From: Planctomycetota bacterium
Lineage (GTDB): Bacteria; Planctomycetota; SZUA-567; H5-PLA8
Assembly (NCBI GenBank): GCA_035628505.1
Contig: DASPJR010000104.1
Coordinates: forward strand, 1,468 to 65,467
Direction of reading: 5' to 3'
Length of the DNA: 64,000 bases
In this document: positions 46,004 to 55,591 of the stretch, one piece after another
Position numbering within the stretch: the stretch's first letter is position 1
How the letters are laid out: each line of letters opens with the position of its first letter
The notes under the pieces: generated by a model
Databases searched by the model: none
What the model was told of the DNA's origin: nothing
What the model saw: the letters and a program-made list of their open reading frames with translations, nothing else
Position numbers and translations under genes: made by a program

Positions 46004-47651
46004 AAGAATCTGCGCGCTCTGCGTGCTCGCCTCTGCCTGCGCGTACGGCGGCGATGCCGCGCCGGCGACCCCTGATCCCGTCGCGATTGCCGTTAAGAAA
46101 GCGCGTGAATTCTTCAAAGAACGCAAGTTCATCGAAGCGCTCGATCAGTTCGCGCTCGCTTTGACGCTCAAGCCGGAGGACCGCGACACGGCTTTCATGG
46201 CGGGCGTCGCTGCGTACTGGTCGCGGCAGCCCGCGCGCGCAATGGAGTTCTGGAACGAACTGCTGGATACGGCGCCGCGGAACAGCCGCGAAGAGTGGAA
46301 GCTTGAAACGCACCGGATCATGGCGCTGTACCAGCTCAATCAGCACGATGCCGCCGAAGCAGTTGCCGAACGCATTTACGATCTGCACAAGCGGTTCATG
46401 GTGCAGCGCGCGAGCGGCACTGCGGGCGCTGACGACAGTGTGTTCAGCGACGGCTTTGTACGCGAGCACATCTTTCTCACCGAACGCGTCACGGAGCAGG
46501 ACAGAAATGGCGCAGGCGTAAAAGACATGCAGCGCGTGCTGCGCGTGGGCTGCTGGGAGGTCTTCGACGACCGCAAAGAAGCGCAGAATATTTTTGCGTT
46601 CCCGGTCACCGTTCACAGTGCCAAAGACGACCCGCTGATCAAGCGGCTGGTTGTCGCCGTGAGCGTGTTGCCGGGCGGCGAAGCGGGCTATGTGCTGACG
46701 GAAGAAGGCGGAGAGGATCGCACCGTCTACAAGCGCTGGCTGCAGCGCCCGCCTTACGCGGAAGTGCGCACGCTCGTCCTGCAGGCCTTGAAAGGTAAAG
46801 CTGTACCACTGGCCCAAACGAAGAAGGCGCCCGCGCCGGCCGCTGCGGAATCGAAGACTCCAGTTGCATCTGGAAAGGTCTCTGCGCCTCAGTCGGAAGC
46901 ACCATCAGATGTGCGGCAGGCGGAAGCTCCGCCAGCTGCGCCGCAGCCGGAAGCGCCGAAGGAGCGCCTGTTCACGCAGGCCGAGCTCGGTTCGGCTGCC
47001 AAAGTAATGGCGCTGGGTCTTGAAACGCAAGCGGCGCAGATCCTCACGCTTGCCGGACGCTTGCGCGAAGTCGATCTGGACATCACGAAGCTGACGCGGC
47101 TTTCGCTGAGCGATCCGCAATTGGCCGAGCGATACCTCGAAGAAATGAAGGCAAAGTCTCCCTACGCGCAGGAAGACGCGGCGGAGCTGGTGGACTTTAT
47201 CGCGAAAGCAAAGAGTGAACATCTTGCGGCGGCGATGGAAAAGCTGCCGAAAATCGGCGCGCGCACGCCGTATCTCGACTACGTCCTGCTCACCGCGCTG
47301 AACACGCGCGGCAAGGACATGTACGCGTCGCTTCTTAAGGAATGTCAGAGCAGCGGCGACTTCATGGTGCGGCATACTGCATCGCTGATGCTGAGCCGCA
47401 GCGGCGACAAAAAAGCGATCGGCCATCTGGTCAGGGAGCTCACCGCGGCCGATGAGCTGGCCAGCAATATCGTTCAGGACTCTCTGGTCGAGCTGGTCGG
47501 GAACGACATCGCCGAACCGCCGCCAGGCAGCGGGCCGGCTCTGAAAAAGTGGAAGAGCGATGTTGCGCAGTGGTGGAATCAGAATGAACGCAAACTGGCG
47601 TTTAACGAGCAGCGGCGCGAGAGCGATCCGTATTGGAAGACACAGAAATAG
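45978..47651 (+). CDS. hypothetical secreted TPR/HEAT-repeat protein
   Basis: 557-aa ORF with N-terminal TPR-like and C-terminal HEAT-like repeats (LLKECQSSGDFMVRHTASLMLSRSGDKKAIGHLV). The only plausible start providing a signal peptide is TTG 45978, inside MITE copy D. Confidence 0.6.
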   Translation: MFRISCFGLRICALCVLASACAYGGDAAPATPDPVAIAVKKAREFFKERKFIEALDQFALALTLKPEDRDTAFMAGVAAYWSRQPARAMEFWNELLDTAPRNSREEWKLETHRIMALYQLNQHDAAEAVAERIYDLHKRFMVQRASGTAGADDSVFSDGFVREHIFLTERVTEQDRNGAGVKDMQRVLRVGCWEVFDDRKEAQNIFAFPVTVHSAKDDPLIKRLVVAVSVLPGGEAGYVLTEEGGEDRTVYKRWLQRPPYAEVRTLVLQALKGKAVPLAQTKKAPAPAAAESKTPVASGKVSAPQSEAPSDVRQAEAPPAAPQPEAPKERLFTQAELGSAAKVMALGLETQAAQILTLAGRLREVDLDITKLTRLSLSDPQLAERYLEEMKAKSPYAQEDAAELVDFIAKAKSEHLAAAMEKLPKIGARTPYLDYVLLTALNTRGKDMYASLLKECQSSGDFMVRHTASLMLSRSGDKKAIGHLVRELTAADELASNIVQDSLVELVGNDIAEPPPGSGPALKKWKSDVAQWWNQNERKLAFNEQRRESDPYWKTQK

Positions 47652-47787
47652 GCGGCCATGTTCTGGCCGCTGACGAGAAGGCGTTTTTTACAATTTGCAT
47701 TATCAATTTGTGTTTCATTGCGTATGACTCAAGGGCTGGCGGCAAAAATTTTCTGATCGTGCGGCCTTGAACACTGAGGATTTACGA

Positions 47788-48678
47788 ATGGCCGGACCCG
47801 TTTTTGAGACGAATCTTCCCGGACTGAAGCTGCTCGCGCGCGGCAAAGTGCGCGACGTTTACGATCTTGGCGATAAGCTGCTGATCGTCAGCACCGACCG
47901 GCTCAGCGCGTTTGACTGCGTGCTGCCGACGCCGATTCCAGACAAGGGCCGCGTGTTGAACGGGCTTTCGCGCTTCTGGTTCAATTTCCTCGCCGAAAAT
48001 CCGCGCAATCATCTGATCACCACCGATGTCGCACAGATGGGCAGCGGACTGGAAAAGCACCGCGATATTCTTGAAGGCCGCTCGATGCTGGCCGTGAAAG
48101 CTGAAGTATTCCCCGTCGAATGCGTTGTGCGCGGCTACCTGATGGGCTCGGGCTGGAAAGAGTACCAGGAAAAAGGCAGCGTCTGCGGCATTCAGCTCCC
48201 GCGTGGCCTGAAGAATGGATCGAAGCTCGAGCAGCCCATCTTTACTCCCGCGACGAAGGCGAAGACCGGCCACGACGAAAACATTTCGTTTGAGCGCGCT
48301 GCCGAAATTATCGGCCAGTCGAACGCCGATAAATTGAAAGAACTGTCGATCAGCATCTACACGCGCGCCGCCGAACACGCGCTGACGCGTAACATCATCA
48401 TCGCTGACACAAAATTCGAATTCGGCCTGCACAACGGCCAGATCATCCTCGTCGACGAAGTCCTCACGCCGGACAGCTCGCGTTTCTGGCCGCACGAGAA
48501 GTGGACACCCGGACAGACGCAGCTGAGCTTCGACAAGCAGTTTGTGCGAGACTACCTGGAAGGCATCGGCTGGAACAAGCAACCGCCGGCGCCGCCGCTG
48601 CCGGAAACTGTGGTCATGAAAACCCGCGAGAAATACGTAGCCGCGTACAAGCAGATCACGGGTAGAGAAGACTTCTAG
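47788..48678 (+). CDS. purC: phosphoribosylaminoimidazole-succinocarboxamide synthase (SAICAR synthetase)
   Basis: GKVRDVYDLGDKLLIVSTDRLSAFD and full-length PurC similarity. ATG 47788 with GAGGA RBS (the track start at 47767 is TTG). Confidence 0.9.
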   Translation: MAGPVFETNLPGLKLLARGKVRDVYDLGDKLLIVSTDRLSAFDCVLPTPIPDKGRVLNGLSRFWFNFLAENPRNHLITTDVAQMGSGLEKHRDILEGRSMLAVKAEVFPVECVVRGYLMGSGWKEYQEKGSVCGIQLPRGLKNGSKLEQPIFTPATKAKTGHDENISFERAAEIIGQSNADKLKELSISIYTRAAEHALTRNIIIADTKFEFGLHNGQIILVDEVLTPDSSRFWPHEKWTPGQTQLSFDKQFVRDYLEGIGWNKQPPAPPLPETVVMKTREKYVAAYKQITGREDF

Positions 48679-48705
48679 GCTCTCTTTATTGACGCCACGT
48701 CACTC

Positions 48706-49530
48706 TCACTTGTGTTCTGGAAAGTCGTTCTCGTAGCGCTTTACTAATTGATCGATCTCCGCAGGAACAACATAGATTTTTCCGCGGATTTTTTTCGTCT
48801 CTCCAGGCTTCAGGCCGCCGATGCGAAAATCAGAATGAATGCAGGTGTAGACGCCCTGAAAAAGTTCCTGATAGGGCTCCCAGGCCGTCGCGATCACCAT
48901 CTTTTCGTCAGCTGAGTAAACACCCATCAGGCCGTTGCTAGGCACCAGCGAACTCAGCGGGCGGGGGTTGACGTCGTTTCGATCCACATGTTTCGGGCAA
49001 TAAACCTGGCCAGGAATATAACGCGCTTTCTCTGCCCAGGGCTGGGTGGGCAGGCGCGCCAGTTTGCCATCGAGGAAGATGAAACATTTCCGGATGTAGC
49101 TGAGCTTGTCGCCGCCAGTGAAACCTTGAACGTGAATGCAGGGCTGAACCCAATGCACATTCGACGCTTCCTGCGTGGGGTTGTGAGCGGTCAGTTTGAA
49201 TGCGACTTCATCTTTTCCCGCGGTGATTTCGTGATCGACGATGACGCCGTCTTTCACATTGCAGCGAAGTTTGATCTTTTTGCCGTCGGATGACGCTTCT
49301 ATTAACTCAGTTTTGTGGCCGATTGTCGTTTCAGACCAATCGCGATCGGTCGAGCCCGGCCGGCAGTAGGCTTCAAGGTAGCGGATCTTGATCGGGCCAC
49401 CGGGAATTTTGCTCCCCTTGATGAAGAGCAAGTCTTTTTCCCACGTAATCGAGAGGCCGTCGGTGACCGAAGGTTCCTCCGCCAGAACGGCGAAACAAAG
49501 GCACAGGCAAAGAAGTGGCAGGTAACGCAT
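48706..49530 (-). CDS. hypothetical exported protein
   Basis: Start set at ATG 49530 (GGAGG RBS, signal peptide MRYLPLLCLCLCFAVLA). No family recognised. Confidence 0.55.
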   Translation of the reverse strand: MRYLPLLCLCLCFAVLAEEPSVTDGLSITWEKDLLFIKGSKIPGGPIKIRYLEAYCRPGSTDRDWSETTIGHKTELIEASSDGKKIKLRCNVKDGVIVDHEITAGKDEVAFKLTAHNPTQEASNVHWVQPCIHVQGFTGGDKLSYIRKCFIFLDGKLARLPTQPWAEKARYIPGQVYCPKHVDRNDVNPRPLSSLVPSNGLMGVYSADEKMVIATAWEPYQELFQGVYTCIHSDFRIGGLKPGETKKIRGKIYVVPAEIDQLVKRYENDFPEHK

Positions 49531-49635
49531 TTGAAAACCTCCGTTACTTCTGATTACTGTCTCACCCGTTCTAACGTTGAGAAAAAAGCGCGGGCATTGC
49601 TGCCCGCGCTTTTCGTTCATCTTGATGCGTGATTC

Positions 49636-50874
<1,239 letters not shown>

Positions 50875-51095
50875 TATTTTCGCTCCTTTCAGAGCTTAAC
50901 GGGTACGGGCGGCTGGGACCGCCGGCGTCTCGCCGGCTTTTGTCTCAAAACCGCCAAAGGAGAAAAAACAACCACTCGCCCGGACCTCCCCCATCCGGGC
51001 AAGCACACCTGCAACAAGTAGAGCGGCAAGAGGATAGGAGATCGCTCTGTCAAATCAAGTAGCTAACGGCTGTGGCGGGTGATGGGTCACGAACG

Positions 51096-51232
51096 GCAAA
51101 TTCGAAATCCCAAATTCGAAATCCGAAACAAATTCAAAGGACCGAAATTCGAAGGCTCAAAACTCGTGGTTTTGAACAGTTGAATTTTGAAATTCGAATT
51201 TGTTTCGAATTTCGTGCTTCGGATTTCGAATT
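51096..51232. repeat. MITE-like element copy E (about 137 bp)
   Basis: GCAAATTCGAAATCCCAAATTCGAAATCCGAAACAAATTCAAAGG...GTTTTGAACAG...TTTGTTTCGAATTTCGTGCTTCGGATTTCGAATTT. Confidence 0.7.
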
Positions 51233-51245
51233 TATCCGTTACGCC

Positions 51246-51294
51246 CTCGTCACTCGTCACTCGTCACTCGTCACTCGTCACTCGTCACTCGTCA
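51246..51294. repeat. perfect heptanucleotide microsatellite (CTCGTCA)x7
   Basis: ctcgtcactcgtcactcgtcactcgtcactcgtcactcgtcactcgtca read directly, immediately 3' of the stop of the isomerase gene (51301) and adjacent to MITE copy E. Confidence 0.9.
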
Positions 51295-51300
51295 CGAGTT

Positions 51301-52128
51301 CTAAAGCACCAGATCCAGCGTCTGCGCCGCGTAATGGTGGCTGGCCAGCGCCTGCTGCTGGAGGCTCTTGCTTCCTTTCTCCAGTTCCACCGTCGCCCAG
51401 CCGGAGAACTCAACGTCCAGCAGCGTGTCGACGAAATCTTCCAGGTTCAGCGTGCCCTTGCCCAGTTCAACCGTTTGGAATTTCGGACCGGTGTCGCCTT
51501 TTTTCTTCTTCGCCGCAAGCGGCTTGATATCGCGCAAATGCACGGCCCCGATCCGCTTTTTGTGTTCCTTGATGAACTTGCCGATGGGAATTTCCGCGGC
51601 AGCTAAAAACGCCACATCGACGCACAGTTTCATCGCCGCCGGATCGGAATACTCGATGAACTTCTCGAGCATCTTCGTGTCATTGACGAGGCTGGCCGTA
51701 TCGGGGTGCAGGCAGGGAAGGATACCCATTTCCTGCGTACGGCGCGCAATTTCGCCAAAGGCAGTGGCGACGGGAATCAGATCCGCTTCGTCTTCCAGCG
51801 GCTGGTCGGGATTGGGCTTGGGCGGCATAAGCGTCAGGATTTTGGCGTTGGCGCTCTTCAGGAAGCGAACGATGTTCAGGCTGCGTTCGACTTCCTCTTC
51901 CAGACTCATGCCGGGCCACTTGTTAGGTGTGGTGGTGATTGCGATGAGCTGGATGCCGTGTCCCTGCAGAATCTCGTTGAACACCTCGACGCGGTCCTCG
52001 TACTGCTCGACCACGCCCGTGGTTGTTTCGATGCCGCGGAAGCCTGCCTTTTCGATGTCAGACAACGCGTTGATAAAGCCATCATCGCCCCAGGCGGCGG
52101 TGTGGCATGCCAGTTCAATGTCAGCCAT
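51301..52128 (-). CDS. sugar phosphate isomerase/epimerase (xylose-isomerase-like TIM barrel)
   Basis: AP-endonuclease-2/xylose-isomerase-like TIM fold motifs (LACHTAAWGDD.., AVHLRD). 275 aa. Confidence 0.7.
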   Translation of the reverse strand: MADIELACHTAAWGDDGFINALSDIEKAGFRGIETTTGVVEQYEDRVEVFNEILQGHGIQLIAITTTPNKWPGMSLEEEVERSLNIVRFLKSANAKILTLMPPKPNPDQPLEDEADLIPVATAFGEIARRTQEMGILPCLHPDTASLVNDTKMLEKFIEYSDPAAMKLCVDVAFLAAAEIPIGKFIKEHKKRIGAVHLRDIKPLAAKKKKGDTGPKFQTVELGKGTLNLEDFVDTLLDVEFSGWATVELEKGSKSLQQQALASHHYAAQTLDLVL

Positions 52129-52302
52129 AGTCGGAGGAAAGTTCCTGAAAGTGCCCTGAATGTCGGACTCAACAACAACGCTATCAGGCCACCAAACAGT
52201 GGGGGCCCTAGATTAAATATAGCGCAAGTCTCGAATTCTTTCTACCTCCCGAAAAATAAGTTTTCCGGAATGTAAATATATCCCATACCGAATAGATACC
52301 GC

Positions 52303-53391
52303 TCAAAGCCCCGTATCAAAATACCGGGGCACCTCTGCGTCTGGCAAATCATCCGAACAGTAGAGCGAATGCGCCTGTTTCTGATCTGCCCACGGCTCCA
52401 GGATCAACGTCACGCGTTGGCCCGGCTTCCACGCCGCCGCTGTTGCCGGCACCCCGTCAATCAGCCCCCAGTGAACCACGCGTATTCTCTTTTCCGCGCA
52501 TGTCCCGCTCAAAACCGCCTTCACCTCGTGCTCATAAAGCATCAAGCCGTTGCGATAAGGCGCAATTTTTGCCAACTCGGGTGTCGCCGAAACAGCTTTC
52601 AACTCGGCATCAATCTCAATCCGCGCCGGTACTTTTCTGCGCTCCATAAGAGTCTTGATCCGTCGCCAGCGATCCTGCGCGTCGGCGTCCTCCATCTTGC
52701 GCCGGTAAAGCGCCACCGCTTCGATGCGTCCAAGCCACGGCGCCTGATCTTTATCTGATGCTCCGAACACCAGCGCGCTCAGCGGCGGAAGACTGACCTT
52801 TACCGGACTGACGTGAAGGCGCTCGCCGTTCAGCCACGCGCTTTCGAGTCCGATGCCAAAGCCGAGCATCAGATTGCATGGCCCGTGCTCCGGCGCCGCG
52901 CCAAGCAGATGCTCGGCCGACTGCCCCTTCCACCGGATGCGGCAGCGCAAATCGCCCTGCGCGTAATCCAGTCTGAGGGCTTCGTTGCCTTCGCTGTCCA
53001 GCGCCGTGAGCAGCCGCGCCTGTTTGTTTTCGCCCTCGGGCCAGAAGGTGAATTCCAGACCGATCGGCTCGGCATTGCGCTGCGCCGCAACCACCGCATC
53101 GAGATTTTGCGTTTCAAATGCTCCGCCCGCCAGACGCAGGCGCTGGAAACCGTCCAGCACCGCACGGCCCTTGGATGAAAACGTGAACTGCTGCCGCTTA
53201 CCGTCAACCTCGATGGCATTGTTCGCGCCGCCGCGTTCCCATATGAACAGCAGATCCGCGCGGCTGCCTGGCCACACGCCGGGAACCACCGGCAACTCCT
53301 GCGGCGCCATCACCTGCGGCATGCTGAGCTTGTCACGCACGCCCTCAATGCGAAGCTGGTCGGCTTCCAGCCGCGCCGCCCAGCGCAGCAC
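52303..53391 (-). CDS. hypothetical protein; probably the C-terminal part of the upstream frameshifted gene
   Basis: GTG start. No RBS. No signal peptide. Overlaps the upstream ORF by 82 nt in the -1/+2 frame. See frameshift finding. Confidence 0.45.
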   Translation of the reverse strand: MLRWAARLEADQLRIEGVRDKLSMPQVMAPQELPVVPGVWPGSRADLLFIWERGGANNAIEVDGKRQQFTFSSKGRAVLDGFQRLRLAGGAFETQNLDAVVAAQRNAEPIGLEFTFWPEGENKQARLLTALDSEGNEALRLDYAQGDLRCRIRWKGQSAEHLLGAAPEHGPCNLMLGFGIGLESAWLNGERLHVSPVKVSLPPLSALVFGASDKDQAPWLGRIEAVALYRRKMEDADAQDRWRRIKTLMERRKVPARIEIDAELKAVSATPELAKIAPYRNGLMLYEHEVKAVLSGTCAEKRIRVVHWGLIDGVPATAAAWKPGQRVTLILEPWADQKQAHSLYCSDDLPDAEVPRYFDTGL

Positions 53392-55259
53392 CAGCTGCGT
53401 CCGCCGGGCTGGAGCTGTACCTCCGCGGGAGCTCCCTGGGCTTTGAGCTTGAACGTTGCCTGCGACACATCGACCGCCTCGTCAAAGTCCACGCGCATCT
53501 GCGTCTCGCCTGTGATCAGGTATTCGCTCACGCGCGGCGGCGACGCGGGCTCGACGGTCACAATCCCGCGCAGCTCCTTGCCGTCACGCATCGCGCGCAG
53601 CGAGAACTCTCCGGCCCTCTCATAGAGATGCTGAACCTCGTTGCCGGTGAACTGCGCCTGCTGCCCGTCTCCGAAATCGATCTGCCACGCGCCATCTTCA
53701 GGCAGCTTGACGGCCGCGTTGAACGGCGCTTCACCGCGCTGGTAGCCGAGCGGATGCGGCTTCAGGTACACGTCGGGATAGATATCCGATTTGCCGTCAA
53801 ACGTGTACCGCACCGGCTTCCCTGCAATCGCAAACTTCTCAGCATCGAACTCCATCACGAAAACGTCGAAGTCGCTCGTGAAATGTTCGAACTGGTTCGG
53901 CGACGCGCAGCACACAAACAGCCGCCCGCAGCGTGAAAGGTTGGGGAAATAGACGAAGTTTCGCGACCTTGGAAAGCGCGGATCGCTGCGCTGGATCAGG
54001 TTCCGCTGCTGCGCATCAGATAAGTGCAAAGCGCTGACCGGTCCGCCCGAACCATTCATCCAGACGCCCCACTTTCCGTCGTAACTGAAAAAGGGCATGC
54101 AGCCTTCAGGCGCGAAAATCGTCGTCACACGCCGGCTTGCCGCGTCGTAGCGCGAAAACTGCGGCGGATAGCCGCGGATCGCAAACTGCTCCTTTGGATC
54201 GACCAGCCAGGGGTTGCTCGCGCCGAACGGAGACAGCAGGATTTCGTCTTTGCCCGTCTTCAAGTTCCGCTTCTTTGTGACGCCATCGGGGTCAATGTAG
54301 ATAATTGTCTGCTCGTCCTGCCACACCGCGAAGCGTTCGCCCCAGTAAGACCGCACATTCGCGATCAACTCCTGGTCGTCACTACCGTCGGCGCGAACCA
54401 TCCGCATCGACCAGACATGCCGCGGGTTGCGATAACTTCCTTCGCGGATGCGATCCTGATCGACGCTCAGGTAAAGGATGCGTGTGCCGTCGGGGGAAAT
54501 AGTCGGCGAATGATGATCGCGTCCGGGTTCATCCTTGCTCAGCATCCTTTCAGGCGAACCGTCGTGCCCGCGGGACCACACGCGGAACGCGCCGCTGCGG
54601 TTGGATTCCCAGGCGATAAATCCGTCGCCCAGCCGGGATATTCTTTTCCACTCCGCGCGCCAGGCCTCCGGGTCATCCAGCTTCTTCTCGTCGGCTGACA
54701 CTTCCGGCGGCTCGAACAAGCGCTCGATCATGATCTTGCCGTCGCGCTTTCCGTTGTGCACCAGCACGTCGACATAGCGGACGTCGTTGGGCGCGGCGAG
54801 CGCTTCAGTAAACTGCCAGTTCGATGCCTTGGTCTTCCAGTTCGGCGCAGCGAGCGGGATCTCGATTTTGTTCCAGCCTTTTTTCAACTCAAAGAGCTTC
54901 GACTCGTGCCAGGTGTGCTCAAGCCCCGTACCTGCGGCGAACGAGATCTTCGGCCCGTTATCTTCTTCGGCGAAAACCCACGCGCGCAGAATGCCGTCTT
55001 TCGGCACCGCAAATCCCGGCCGGTGCACAAACGCGGTCTTCTCCTTATCGCCGCCATCGAAATAGAGCACCAGCGTGGTGCGTTCATCGTCCTTCAGCTG
55101 GCGGATTTCGCCGCTATTGCCCCACGTTTCCACCGCCCAGTTGGGACTGTTCTCAAGCCCCGTTTTACGTTCGCCGGCCGAAGTCTGCGGAATCCACACC
55201 GCGACAAGCCACGACGCCAACAGCCCCACCGTGTAAACCGAAGAAAAGGAAACTCGCAT
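53310..55259 (-). CDS. secreted TolB-like beta-propeller + PKD domain protein; probably disrupted by frameshift near 53400
   Basis: ATG 55259 (signal peptide MRVSFSSVYTVGLLASWLVAVWIP). TolB-like blades (PTISPDGTRILYLS). PKD (WQIDFGDGQ). The last ~30 codons (RSWCCAGRRGWKPTSFALRACVTSSACRR) look like out-of-frame junk. Confidence 0.6.
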   Translation of the reverse strand: MRVSFSSVYTVGLLASWLVAVWIPQTSAGERKTGLENSPNWAVETWGNSGEIRQLKDDERTTLVLYFDGGDKEKTAFVHRPGFAVPKDGILRAWVFAEEDNGPKISFAAGTGLEHTWHESKLFELKKGWNKIEIPLAAPNWKTKASNWQFTEALAAPNDVRYVDVLVHNGKRDGKIMIERLFEPPEVSADEKKLDDPEAWRAEWKRISRLGDGFIAWESNRSGAFRVWSRGHDGSPERMLSKDEPGRDHHSPTISPDGTRILYLSVDQDRIREGSYRNPRHVWSMRMVRADGSDDQELIANVRSYWGERFAVWQDEQTIIYIDPDGVTKKRNLKTGKDEILLSPFGASNPWLVDPKEQFAIRGYPPQFSRYDAASRRVTTIFAPEGCMPFFSYDGKWGVWMNGSGGPVSALHLSDAQQRNLIQRSDPRFPRSRNFVYFPNLSRCGRLFVCCASPNQFEHFTSDFDVFVMEFDAEKFAIAGKPVRYTFDGKSDIYPDVYLKPHPLGYQRGEAPFNAAVKLPEDGAWQIDFGDGQQAQFTGNEVQHLYERAGEFSLRAMRDGKELRGIVTVEPASPPRVSEYLITGETQMRVDFDEAVDVSQATFKLKAQGAPAEVQLQPGGRSWCCAGRRGWKPTSFALRACVTSSACRR

Positions 55260-55591
55260 ACGCCGCCTCGAAGCTGAAATATATTGCACCCCTACGTTCG
55301 AAGAAATCGTGTCGAAAAAGAAAGCGAAGCTTAGCAAGAGCTAACATTCAGTGCATGAAAAAAGGCGTTTCGATTCTCTTAACCTGGAAACGTTGTTCAG
55401 ACCAGCTCTGCAAAATATTGCACACGTGCGTTGTCAATCCTTTGGTTCATCAAAGACACCCTAATTCTAGACGAAGCAGGCTCGGCTTTATTGGGTAAAA
55501 TCTGCGACTCTTTTCAGGTGTGAAAAGTGTATTGTATGAAACCTCGTCGGGGTCATACGACGGCGGGCTTTCTAGCGGGGAGTCTCCTTAT

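Noticed and set aside
50875-51095. SAM-I riboswitch upstream of metK
   Set aside because: Conserved SAM-I blocks (UCUUAUCAAGAG, GAGGGA, GCAACC, GUGCCAAUUCC) are absent from the reverse-complemented leader. Kept only as an unexplained structured leader.
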